Part shown: piece after piece, positions 9,235 through 17,921 of the stretch
Layout of the letters: the number at the start of each line of letters is the position of its first letter
Position numbering within the stretch: position 1 is the stretch's first letter
NCBI GenBank assembly: GCA_016203945.1
Contig: JACQLT010000002.1
Location: 73,585 to 137,584, forward strand
Direction of reading: 5' to 3'
Length of the DNA stretch: 64,000 bases
From: Parcubacteria group bacterium
GTDB lineage: Bacteria; Patescibacteriota; Minisyncoccia; Minisyncoccales; UBA10102
Made by a program: the position numbers and the translations under genes
The notes under the pieces: model-generated
Seen by the model: only the letters and a program-made list of their open reading frames with translations
The model's database searches: none
Told to the model about the DNA's origin: nothing

Positions 9235-9993
9235 TCATTTCTGAAAGTATGCTCCCTCTTTGTCTACCCTCATGATGCGGGGGCGTATATTGCGCTTTGC
9301 CAAAAACTCGTCCACTGCCTTTTTGCATCCCTCCCAACAATAATAGTCGTCAATGATAACATAGCCGCCTTGAACCACGTTGTCAAAAAGATTTTCCAGA
9401 ATGCACTTTGTGGACTCATACCAGTCAGCATCCATACGAAGCAGTGCAATGGGGCCCACCTTTTCTCTTGCGGCAGGAAGCGTTTCTTGGAACCAACCCT
9501 GCTCAATATGAATAGTGTTTCCGGGCAAACGAAGAACCCGAAAGAAAAGCCGCCGTACATCCTCCAAGGGACCCACGCACTTCCCAATTGAGGCAAGCGT
9601 GCCCGAAGTTCTGTTGCTTGCATACTCTTTGGCCCTTGCGCCGTCATGCAGGGTGGGCTCTGGCAGACCCTCAAAAGAATCGAACAGCCAGATCTGACGC
9701 TTGGGACCCGCAACAGAGGCCATTACAGCGGCAGCCCCTCCTTTCCACACCCCGCATTCCACAAACGCTCCTGCAATCTTTCTCTTTTCGATATCTTCCG
9801 CAAGTTCGTAGGCATTCTTAAGCCGCTCATAGCTCACCATAGTGAAAGGACGAACTTTCAAAAAGAGCATAAGGCGCCGAGGGAAAAAGAAGTTATGGCG
9901 CACGGCTTTCGCCAGGAATATCGTTTTCCAATAGAACGCTCTTGCAAAAGCGCTCTTTCTTGCGATATGTTTCAAAAAAGAAATCATGCTCAT
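9235..9993 (-). CDS. TylF/MycF-type (macrocin O-methyltransferase family) sugar O-methyltransferase
   Basis: VECGVWKGG and LRMDADWYEST motifs of the Methyltransf_24/TylF family. Confidence 0.7.
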   Translation of the reverse strand: MSMISFLKHIARKSAFARAFYWKTIFLAKAVRHNFFFPRRLMLFLKVRPFTMVSYERLKNAYELAEDIEKRKIAGAFVECGVWKGGAAAVMASVAGPKRQIWLFDSFEGLPEPTLHDGARAKEYASNRTSGTLASIGKCVGPLEDVRRLFFRVLRLPGNTIHIEQGWFQETLPAAREKVGPIALLRMDADWYESTKCILENLFDNVVQGGYVIIDDYYCWEGCKKAVDEFLAKRNIRPRIMRVDKEGAYFQK

Positions 9994-10064
9994 TTAGATG
10001 AACTACCCTACAAAACAACCTATCACTCTTTTGTTTTTTATGCCAATGAAAAGGGAGAACGCAT

Positions 10065-10475
10065 CTAAGGTTCCCCCATGAGCCTCGCTTCCAGAGCGGA
10101 CACTATCCTATCCTCGTTGGCGGGAAGACGGAGCTTTTTGATCTCTTCCAACGTCTTCCAATGCATCTGCCCTTCGTTGGACTGAATTTCCACATATCCC
10201 ACAAAGCAGAGAAACACTTTGTCTCTGTAGGATTTTCTCCTGTGGGAATACGGAAAATCGATGAGTTTCTGAAGGTCGCTGATGCTTACACGAACCCCGG
10301 TTTCCTCGGCTATTTCCCGCACGGCGCATTCGGCGGGAGTTTCTCCCTCTTCCCTCGCTCCGCCCGGGATGACCCATCTTCCCGGGTACCAGATACCTCT
10401 CTTCCAATCTCTCTTCTGAAGAAGGATTTTCCCGTCTGGCCTTACCAGCACAAAACTTGCATCACTGAATTCCAA
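10065..10475 (-). CDS. NUDIX hydrolase
   Basis: Nudix box GGAREEGETPAECAVREIAEETG. Confidence 0.8.
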   Translation of the reverse strand: MEFSDASFVLVRPDGKILLQKRDWKRGIWYPGRWVIPGGAREEGETPAECAVREIAEETGVRVSISDLQKLIDFPYSHRRKSYRDKVFLCFVGYVEIQSNEGQMHWKTLEEIKKLRLPANEDRIVSALEARLMGEP

Positions 10476-10527
10476 GCAATGGCCTCTTCTTTCTCCCTTT
10501 TAAGGTGCTGTGATATCGCTCAAAAAT

Positions 10528-10556
10528 AGTTTAGCATTTTGTATAAAATTTGTCAA
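10528..10556 (-). promoter_or_regulatory. sigma70-like promoter (TTGACA-17-TAAACT) for the NUDIX gene
   Basis: Reverse strand reads CCTTGACAAATTTTATACAAAATGCTAAACT; same extended -35 (TTGACAAA) recurs at 36806, 37020, 37500. Confidence 0.45.
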
Positions 10557-10561
10557 GGAGA

Positions 10562-11743
10562 TTATTTGCGAATGGATCGGGTACCCCTTATGTGGCGCCA
10601 GAATACAGGGAGAAACAAGAACACCATGAGATTTGCGGGGAGATAGAAGATGATGGCGTGTGACTGAGGATGATTTACCATATCTCCCGGCATCACAATT
10701 GTCCAAGAAAGAGCCGCGATGTAAGAAAAGGCAAGAGCGAATACAAGAGCGCCCCCTTGGGTTCCGGAAAACTTCTCGCGGTACTTTTTCGCAGAAAAAA
10801 GCAGCAAGAGAATGCCGAGGAGAAAGATGCCCGCCGTCCAAAGATACGCCAAGGTAATCAAAAGAGTAGCTCCCGTCTCTGCTTTCAGATATGCGGGTCC
10901 CAAGAGATAATCGAGAACGATCCGTGGAGCGAAAAGGGGTTCGCCAAAGGAACGCTGTAGCCCCTTCCCTACGATATGTTCAAGAATTTCTCTTTTTGAC
11001 CCCAGATAGGCGATTCCCTGAGCCATATGCAGATTCAGGGCAAGCAAAAATCCAGCGAATCCCGCAATGTATATCCATACCGACTTCCGAGCGATAGCAC
11101 TAAGGCGAGTGCCGTTTCTTAACTCATAATAGAGAACGGGAACAAGCGTTGAGAGAAGAATGTTGGAAAGAAACTCATATCCGGAAAGAGCTTTGAAAAA
11201 AATCAAAAAACCGATCGCAAAACAAAAAAACGGAAACTTTGACTTTAGGTATGGATATAACATCCAACTGAACACAAAGGGGAGGAACGACGCAAAAATC
11301 ATCCATGCCAGGCCTCCGCTATACAACACGAGCCAAGGCGAAGACAAAATTCCTGCGGCAAGAAAAAGCGCGGAGAATCTTCCGAATTCTTTTGCTACCA
11401 CAAGCACAAATCCGGCAAGGGTTGCGGCGAATAGAAATGCGAGAAGAATGTACAGACCCCGCACATATTGCTCAAGAGGCACATTTGGCGGCCAGAGCAA
11501 CGCAAAAATTTTGAACTGCAATCCATACTGGGAAAGATAGGCCTTGGGCAAACCCTGCTCGTCTTTTGCCACTAAAAACCCTCCGGATTCAAAACTTCCG
11601 TCGGCTTGGTACCTCAAAGCGTCAATGACGGGGTCGCTCGCGCCTCTGTGAAATTTCTGAACAAGCGCGTTTGTCTGAAAAAAGGAAAACCAGAGCGCAA
11701 AAACCGCAAACAGGATAATAAATAGTGAGAGCTGTTTTGTCAT
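10562..11743 (-). CDS. polytopic integral membrane protein (about 10 TM), possible GT-C-type glycosyltransferase or polymerase
   Basis: Hydrophobic helices throughout; no recognizable soluble domain; sits next to DPM1-like GT2. Confidence 0.5.
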   Translation of the reverse strand: MTKQLSLFIILFAVFALWFSFFQTNALVQKFHRGASDPVIDALRYQADGSFESGGFLVAKDEQGLPKAYLSQYGLQFKIFALLWPPNVPLEQYVRGLYILLAFLFAATLAGFVLVVAKEFGRFSALFLAAGILSSPWLVLYSGGLAWMIFASFLPFVFSWMLYPYLKSKFPFFCFAIGFLIFFKALSGYEFLSNILLSTLVPVLYYELRNGTRLSAIARKSVWIYIAGFAGFLLALNLHMAQGIAYLGSKREILEHIVGKGLQRSFGEPLFAPRIVLDYLLGPAYLKAETGATLLITLAYLWTAGIFLLGILLLLFSAKKYREKFSGTQGGALVFALAFSYIAALSWTIVMPGDMVNHPQSHAIIFYLPANLMVFLFLPVFWRHIRGTRSIRK

Positions 11744-11756
11744 ATACTAATAAAGC

Positions 11757-12467
11757 TTATTTTCGAGAACGGAGCCAAAATAAACACAATTCAAAGAAAG
11801 TCGTGAATGCAGCTCTCAGGGTGCCCCCGACCGACTTGCCGTATTTGCGCCCGGAAGAATGCACTTCGACTTCTGCGATGCGGTATCTCTGCTGTTTTGC
11901 CTGAATGAGCAATTCCGCAAGGCAAAAAAATCTTGGCGAAGTGATATGAACGGTCTTGAACACCTCCCTTCTGACTAATTTTACCCAGTTTGGATCCTGG
12001 GTGCGAAACCCGAAAAACAATCTCAGCAGCAGAAGATTGATGGCTGTCACCATGCGCCGGTACCAACCGTACGAAGGCCTAAATAATCGAACTCCCGACA
12101 CGATGTCAGATGTTCTGCTCAATGGAATAAGTGCCGCAAGTTCTCGAATGTCGAACTGCAGATCGGCCGAAGTGATAAAAATGAATTCTTTGCTGGCCTT
12201 GGCAATGCCGGTTCGCAGAGCGGCCCCTATGCCCTGATTCCGTTCATGATGACACACCTTAAGAAATGGAAGTGACGGCTTGATGGTATCCAAAATTTCT
12301 TTTGTCCTGTCTTTGCTTCCGTCGTTTACCACAATAACCTCAAAATCCTCCGCAAGCTGAGGAAGCGCCTTCGCGCATTCCCCAAGCGCTTGCGCCATAT
12401 TTTCTTCTTCATTGTACGCCGGCATGAAGACGCTCAGAGATTCAAGCCTCATAAAATTTTTTAACAT
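11757..12467 (-). CDS. family 2 glycosyltransferase, DPM1/GtrB-like polyprenyl-phosphate sugar synthase
   Basis: FMPAYNEEENM, VIVVNDGSKDRT, DxD-type ED..., Q-rich C-terminal TM-less tail typical of GtrB/DPM1. Confidence 0.75.
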   Translation of the reverse strand: MLKNFMRLESLSVFMPAYNEEENMAQALGECAKALPQLAEDFEVIVVNDGSKDRTKEILDTIKPSLPFLKVCHHERNQGIGAALRTGIAKASKEFIFITSADLQFDIRELAALIPLSRTSDIVSGVRLFRPSYGWYRRMVTAINLLLLRLFFGFRTQDPNWVKLVRREVFKTVHITSPRFFCLAELLIQAKQQRYRIAEVEVHSSGRKYGKSVGGTLRAAFTTFFELCLFWLRSRK

Positions 12468-13551
12468 GTGAAGCGACGTATCGTATATGGCCGTCCGTCA
12501 GTTCGGGGTACATTGGCAAACTCAGTATTTCCTTAGCGCACCGCTCTGCCGCAGGAAAATCTCCTTTCTTATACCCCAGATGAAAAAACGCTTTTTGAAG
12601 ATGCACCGGAGTCGGGTAGTGAATCTGGGTCTGGATGCCGTGCTTGGCCAAATACGAGGCGAGCTCATTTCTCCGCCTACAGCGGATAACATAGGCATAC
12701 ATACTTGAGACGGAATGGGGTCGTTCAACGGGCAAAAGAACATTCGCTGATAACGATTTCAAAAGTGCATTGTACGTTCTCGCATTTTTTCTCCTCAGCG
12801 CAACCCACGAATTGAGATGCTTGAGTTTTACCCTCAGGAATGCCGCTTGCAGCGCCTGTATACGGTAATTGTAGCCTATGACCTCGTGTGCGTGTTTTGA
12901 GATTTGGCCGTGATCTCTCAATGCTCGTATTGCTTTTTCCATCTTTTTGCTGTTCGTCAGCACCGCTCCCCCCTCGCCGTACGCCCCCAGCACCTTGCTG
13001 GGATAAAAACTGAAACAGGTGGTATTCCCAAAAGATCCTATTGTCTTGCCTCTATATGTTGCTCCGTGAGCTTGAGCGGCGTCTTCAATAATCGCAATGT
13101 TGTGCTTTCTCGCAATGCGCAGAAGCGCATTCATATCCGCGGCATTTCCATAGAGATGAACGGGAATAATTGCTTTTGTTTTCTTAGTGATGGCGCGCTC
13201 AACGCCAGCGACATCCAGCGTATGAGATACAGGGTCAATGTCGGCAAATACCGGCTTTGCCCCCACGTATGCTATCGCTTCACACGTAGCAACAAACGTG
13301 TTTGGCTGGGTTATGACCTCGTCTCCAAATCGTATCCCATGAGCCAAAAGAGCTACGTGCAGAGCCGAGGTGCCCGAGTTTACCGCCACGCAATATCGTG
13401 CCCCGCAATATCTCGCAAATTCCTGTTCAAAACCCTCCGTTTCTTTACCGAGAATAAAGATTCCAGATTCCATCACCCGCGCAAAGGCCGCATTGATATG
13501 AGTACGGATGCTCTTAATTTGAGGATGGAGATCAAGAAAGGGAACTTTCAT
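12442..13551 (-). CDS. DegT/DnrJ/EryC1/StrS family sugar aminotransferase
   Basis: PLP-dependent DegT-like fold; FSFYPSKVLGAYGEGGAV lysine region; start set at MKVPFLDL (ORF track 12442-13677). Confidence 0.8.
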   Translation of the reverse strand: MKVPFLDLHPQIKSIRTHINAAFARVMESGIFILGKETEGFEQEFARYCGARYCVAVNSGTSALHVALLAHGIRFGDEVITQPNTFVATCEAIAYVGAKPVFADIDPVSHTLDVAGVERAITKKTKAIIPVHLYGNAADMNALLRIARKHNIAIIEDAAQAHGATYRGKTIGSFGNTTCFSFYPSKVLGAYGEGGAVLTNSKKMEKAIRALRDHGQISKHAHEVIGYNYRIQALQAAFLRVKLKHLNSWVALRRKNARTYNALLKSLSANVLLPVERPHSVSSMYAYVIRCRRRNELASYLAKHGIQTQIHYPTPVHLQKAFFHLGYKKGDFPAAERCAKEILSLPMYPELTDGHIRYVASHVKKFYEA

Positions 13552-14189
13552 GAAAGAGTTGAGAGAATTGATCGGATATCTTGCACGATGCGATCTGGTT
13601 TCAGCTTTTTCAGGCAAGAAAACTGACGCATGCCAGAAAGCACCCCCACCGTTATCATTCCAAGGCCCTTCCCGCACATCATATCAGCTTCCGTATCGCC
13701 CACCATTATATCACGCGTATGAGTAAACCGCTTCACCAATTTCTTTTTCGTCTCATAATCGCTCTTCCCATTAAACACACGGGGGCTCCCTTGCAATATT
13801 GAAACTGCGGCAGGAAAACCAAACCTCTCTGTTTCTTTAAAAAGATTTTTTCTGTTCCTTCGCAGGGTTACCACGAATATGCGGAACCCAAGCTTCCTCA
13901 GCTTTTTAAGAACGCGCAAAGAGAAACTGAACATCTTGTCATATTTCAAATAGCGCTCGCGCTCAATATTCTCAAGAAAAAACGATTCGTATCGCGCAAG
14001 CATTTTTTTATCTTTGAACATGCTGCTATTTGACGCGCCCTTTCTTTTGAGGCGCAAAAATTTCTCTTTTGAAAAAAACGGCTTGAGCCCTTCTTGCTTC
14101 ACAAAATCCATATATACCCTGTAGTATTTTTCTGACACGTCAATGAGGGTGCCGTCGAGGTCAAAGAAGATATTCCTTATGCGGTGCAT
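13548..14189 (-). CDS. HAD-superfamily hydrolase/phosphatase
   Basis: Motif I FFDLDGTLID; motif IV GDTEADM. Confidence 0.75.
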   Translation of the reverse strand: MHRIRNIFFDLDGTLIDVSEKYYRVYMDFVKQEGLKPFFSKEKFLRLKRKGASNSSMFKDKKMLARYESFFLENIERERYLKYDKMFSFSLRVLKKLRKLGFRIFVVTLRRNRKNLFKETERFGFPAAVSILQGSPRVFNGKSDYETKKKLVKRFTHTRDIMVGDTEADMMCGKGLGMITVGVLSGMRQFSCLKKLKPDRIVQDIRSILSTLS

Positions 14190-14908
14190 TGGACGTATAG
14201 TTCCGCCAATAGTTCCGGAGGGAAATCCTTGCCAATGCGAAACATCGCATCCAGGATTTTTTCATCAAGACCAAGCCCGTCAAGCTGGCTGTTTGAGAGG
14301 GGCTTTAAAAAGATGCCTCCCATACTTTTTACTTTCAGTTTTGCGGCGCGTATATCTTTCTTCAGCGACTTTGCGTCATATACTCTCCTGTGGCCGATCC
14401 GCCTGTCTCTCTCGTTGAGCTCATGGAGATGCTTCAGCATACCGGCCATCACTCCTATCCTGCGATGAAGAGATTGGGCGTTGGGACAGATAATAAAAAT
14501 AGTTCCTTTTTTTGCGAGCCAGCGCCGCGACATGCTGAGCAGACGAACCGGATGTTGAACATGCTCAAGGATATTCACGAGCACAATGCTGTTAAATTTC
14601 TCCCGGGGCTTGAACTCTTCAAAAAGCGTGCATATGAAATCGGCATTGCGAAGGCGCAACTTTTTTGCGTCGGCAATGAGCTTTTGAGAGCCGTCTATGG
14701 CAGTGATGTGTTTGAAGTGCTTGGCAAGATTTTCTGTCATTACGCCTTCTGCGCATCCGACTTCCAATATACGATCGTTGCGAATATGTTCTCTTATGAT
14801 CGCAAAGCGGTACTTCTCCAATCTGACTTCAAAACCTTCCCGCATGGAAAAATGCTTTGCAATATCTGCGAGCCGCTTTTTTTCTGCTTCTTTGCCTTGT
14901 GTTTTCAT
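14177..14908 (-). CDS. class I SAM-dependent methyltransferase
   Basis: Motif I ILEVGCAEG. Confidence 0.7.
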   Translation of the reverse strand: MKTQGKEAEKKRLADIAKHFSMREGFEVRLEKYRFAIIREHIRNDRILEVGCAEGVMTENLAKHFKHITAIDGSQKLIADAKKLRLRNADFICTLFEEFKPREKFNSIVLVNILEHVQHPVRLLSMSRRWLAKKGTIFIICPNAQSLHRRIGVMAGMLKHLHELNERDRRIGHRRVYDAKSLKKDIRAAKLKVKSMGGIFLKPLSNSQLDGLGLDEKILDAMFRIGKDFPPELLAELYVQCTA

Positions 14909-15828
14909 GGCTTTATCTGGAAAAACTCAAACTCTTTTTTTAAACCCTCCCTGATCTCAACGGATGGAGCGTATCCGAGTTTCTCTTTTGCCGAGCTGAT
15001 ATCCATCACCAAATCAAACGCCTCTTTTATGCCGGGTTTTTGAATAGGTTCGAGCGATGCTCCCGAAATTTGCAGAAGCATAGTGAGCGCATCCCGTATG
15101 CGAATTCCCTGCCCCGAGCTGATGTTAAACGTACCTCCCAAATTTTTATTGAGGGCGAGTATGGTTGCCTGTACCACGTCATCAATATATGCATAGTCGC
15201 GCAGTTCCGAACCTAAACCATACAAGACGGGTTTCTGTTTTTGCGTAATCGCTTCAATAAACTTGGGTATTGCTTTCACAACCGGCTCTCCGGGCCCATA
15301 TACCTGAGAGTAGCGGAGAATGGTAAGAGGGATTCCCTTCTCGTCAAAAAACACGCTTAAATATTTTTCTGCCGCCGCCTTACTCGCTCCGTAGTATGTA
15401 AGAGAATTGAGAGGATGATCTTCGCGAAGGGGAAGATATTGCGGTTTGCCGTAGACATCAATGGTACTCGCATACACAAATCCTTTCACGATGTCGGGCA
15501 GGCATTCTGCAAGATACAGTGAGGCCAAAACATTGTGTTTTACATACTCTTCTGGCTTCTCATCTGTACTGCGGACAGAAGGCGTACGGCCTGCCAAATG
15601 AAGAACATAGTCAATAGGGCCTATGGCTTTAATGTTTTTACAAGCATCTCTCTTTGAAAGGTCGGCTTTTACATGTCTCACATTTCCTTCGTGGCCTGGG
15701 ATTGCGTCTTTTGACAGCGAAATAATGCTGACTCCTTCTTGTTTTCTCAACGCCTCCACCACGCGTGAGCCAATAAAACCGTTCCCTCCGGTTACCAGAA
15801 TAATTTTTTCAGGCGAGCTGCTATTCAT
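14905..15828 (-). CDS. NAD-dependent sugar-nucleotide epimerase/dehydratase (extended SDR)
   Basis: TGGNGFIGS Rossmann, YGASK catalytic YxxxK. Confidence 0.8.
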   Translation of the reverse strand: MNSSSPEKIILVTGGNGFIGSRVVEALRKQEGVSIISLSKDAIPGHEGNVRHVKADLSKRDACKNIKAIGPIDYVLHLAGRTPSVRSTDEKPEEYVKHNVLASLYLAECLPDIVKGFVYASTIDVYGKPQYLPLREDHPLNSLTYYGASKAAAEKYLSVFFDEKGIPLTILRYSQVYGPGEPVVKAIPKFIEAITQKQKPVLYGLGSELRDYAYIDDVVQATILALNKNLGGTFNISSGQGIRIRDALTMLLQISGASLEPIQKPGIKEAFDLVMDISSAKEKLGYAPSVEIREGLKKEFEFFQIKP

Positions 15829-16894
15829 GAAGCTGTTGTTTTCGTTTTATCAGGTCTTGCCTGCACCGCTCTATTTCTTTTGTGCCAGTAAGCACCGGCT
15901 CCACGTCCATGCCTCGTATCCAAACAAGCCCGTCTGGAAGAGGGTTGAAGATTTTTGAGGGTTCCGGGTACTCTTCTCCGAATGCCAGCCCGAGCATGAT
16001 CTCTGGCATATTGAGACCTGCTTTGGAAAAAAAGAAGTGGGTGGTAAAGAAACGGCCGATATTTATCTCCGTAGGATTTGGCACGCCCGTCTTGTCGTAT
16101 GTAAGGTCAACTGAGAAAATGCCGTGCGGATTTTGGTCAATTGCCTTGATTGCTTTCAGGGCAAGCTCATCAAGCGCTGGATCAGAATACGTCATTCCAC
16201 CACCAGTAATCCCGGTGACTCCGGAAGGAGCCCTGTTCGCAAACTCCCAATAGAGCCTCTCTCTCCCTTGGGCCGCAACAAGTGTGCCCTTATTCCAAAT
16301 TGACATCCATGTAACCGAATGTTCCGTAAGAACTTCGGCCGCAGTGAACCTGCCCCAGCCGTTTCGTGAATGAATCCACGAAAGAGCATCTTCGTATGCT
16401 TTGGCAGGATACGACCCTTCCCCGGCAGCCCCTTTTCTGTTCCTCAGCCAAAGATACGATCCAATGTTTTGAAATGCCTCTTTCAGGTCTTGAGGTTTTT
16501 GAATAAGCACGGTGCGGGGAATAGGCAAGGAAGCTTGCTCCCATAGCTGATAGGAAGCGAATTTATCCAGACATACCTCCACCGTTTTTTTATCGGGAAG
16601 AAATGTTCTCGTGTTTACCTCTTCTCTGTGTTGCGAGAGAAATTCAACCTCTTTGTCGTTTTGCGCATGAATGAATTCAATGTCGTATTCTTTTATGATC
16701 TGGTTCAGTATCGGCAGGTACTCCCTGTCTTCAACCCTTGGAACCAAAAGGCGAATATCGGTCTTCGCTCTCTGAAGCGTGTACTCGTTGCAGTCCACCC
16801 CCACAAGAAACATGGGGCCTTTCATCAGTCGCAAAGAATTAACAAAGTTTGTTGCGGGCGCTCCTCCGGCCCCGCATACCAATATTTTTTTCAT
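15821..16894 (-). CDS. ATP-grasp domain protein
   Basis: CPSase/PurK-like ATP-grasp fold pattern; start probably MKKILVCGAGG (ORF track 15821-16939). Confidence 0.55.
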   Translation of the reverse strand: MKKILVCGAGGAPATNFVNSLRLMKGPMFLVGVDCNEYTLQRAKTDIRLLVPRVEDREYLPILNQIIKEYDIEFIHAQNDKEVEFLSQHREEVNTRTFLPDKKTVEVCLDKFASYQLWEQASLPIPRTVLIQKPQDLKEAFQNIGSYLWLRNRKGAAGEGSYPAKAYEDALSWIHSRNGWGRFTAAEVLTEHSVTWMSIWNKGTLVAAQGRERLYWEFANRAPSGVTGITGGGMTYSDPALDELALKAIKAIDQNPHGIFSVDLTYDKTGVPNPTEINIGRFFTTHFFFSKAGLNMPEIMLGLAFGEEYPEPSKIFNPLPDGLVWIRGMDVEPVLTGTKEIERCRQDLIKRKQQLHE

Positions 16895-17913
16895 GAAGAC
16901 AAAAGTACTTTCTTTCCTTCTTTCATGCTCTGGTCGCACGCTTCCAGCATGCGCACTACTTCGAGCCCCTCGCGCCCCGGCGTCTGGGGCTCCGCGCCAG
17001 AACGGATGCAGTCAATAAAATGCTGGGTCTCAACAGAGAGAGCTTCCGTGGTATCAAGTTTTGGTATGACAATATCCCCAACCCGATACAATGGGTTAAA
17101 AGGCGTGATATTCTGGAGATTCAACGAGATTCCCTTGTCGTACACCTTCACCTTCTCAGATGGCTCCAGGTCGTCGTAGAGAATCATTTTGCGGCTTCCT
17201 CCGATGAGTATTTTTCGTATCTTCAGGGGCGACAGCCAGCTCGCGTGAACATGAGCCACGATGCCAGATTCCATTTCAAGGGTGACGTGGGCCATTTCTT
17301 CTCCGTGCGAGGAGAGATGTCGTGTGCCTTGCGCAAACACCGCCTTGGGGCGAACATCTCCAAAAAGAAAGCGGAGAATGGAAAAGTCGTGGGCTGCAAG
17401 ATCCCACAGTACCGAAGCATCATGCTGAATGAGCCCGAAATTAATGCGCTCTGAATCAAAATAGTAAATATCCCCCAGCTCTTGCATAAGCTCTTTGATT
17501 TTTTTCACCGCTCCCGTATATACAAAGGTGTGATCAATCATCAAAATCAGCCCTTTGCTCTCTGCAAGATCGATCAATTCTTGGCACTGGACAACAGAAG
17601 ATGCCATTGGTTTTTCCAAAAGCACGTGCTTGCCTCGTTCCAGCGCAGTTTTCGCAAGTTCATAATGAGTGGAAAGGGGCGTGGCAATGGCGACCGCCTG
17701 CACCGTGTCATCTTGCAGGATATCTTCGTATGATACGGTAAATTTTGTGGAAGGATATTGCACGGCAAGCTTGCGAAAAACGTCTTTCTTAATATCGCAT
17801 CCATACGCGACTTCGCATCCTTCAAGCTGAGAGAAGTTGCGAAGGAGGTTGGGCCCCCAATATCCAAGCCCGACGACCCCAATTTTGATAATGTGATTTT
17901 GATGGCTCTCCAT
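16891..17913 (-). CDS. Gfo/Idh/MocA family oxidoreductase (WbpB-like sugar dehydrogenase)
   Basis: IGVVGLGYWGPNLLRN Rossmann, EKP motif. Confidence 0.8.
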   Translation of the reverse strand: MESHQNHIIKIGVVGLGYWGPNLLRNFSQLEGCEVAYGCDIKKDVFRKLAVQYPSTKFTVSYEDILQDDTVQAVAIATPLSTHYELAKTALERGKHVLLEKPMASSVVQCQELIDLAESKGLILMIDHTFVYTGAVKKIKELMQELGDIYYFDSERINFGLIQHDASVLWDLAAHDFSILRFLFGDVRPKAVFAQGTRHLSSHGEEMAHVTLEMESGIVAHVHASWLSPLKIRKILIGGSRKMILYDDLEPSEKVKVYDKGISLNLQNITPFNPLYRVGDIVIPKLDTTEALSVETQHFIDCIRSGAEPQTPGREGLEVVRMLEACDQSMKEGKKVLLSS

Positions 17914-17921
17914 AGTAAAAA

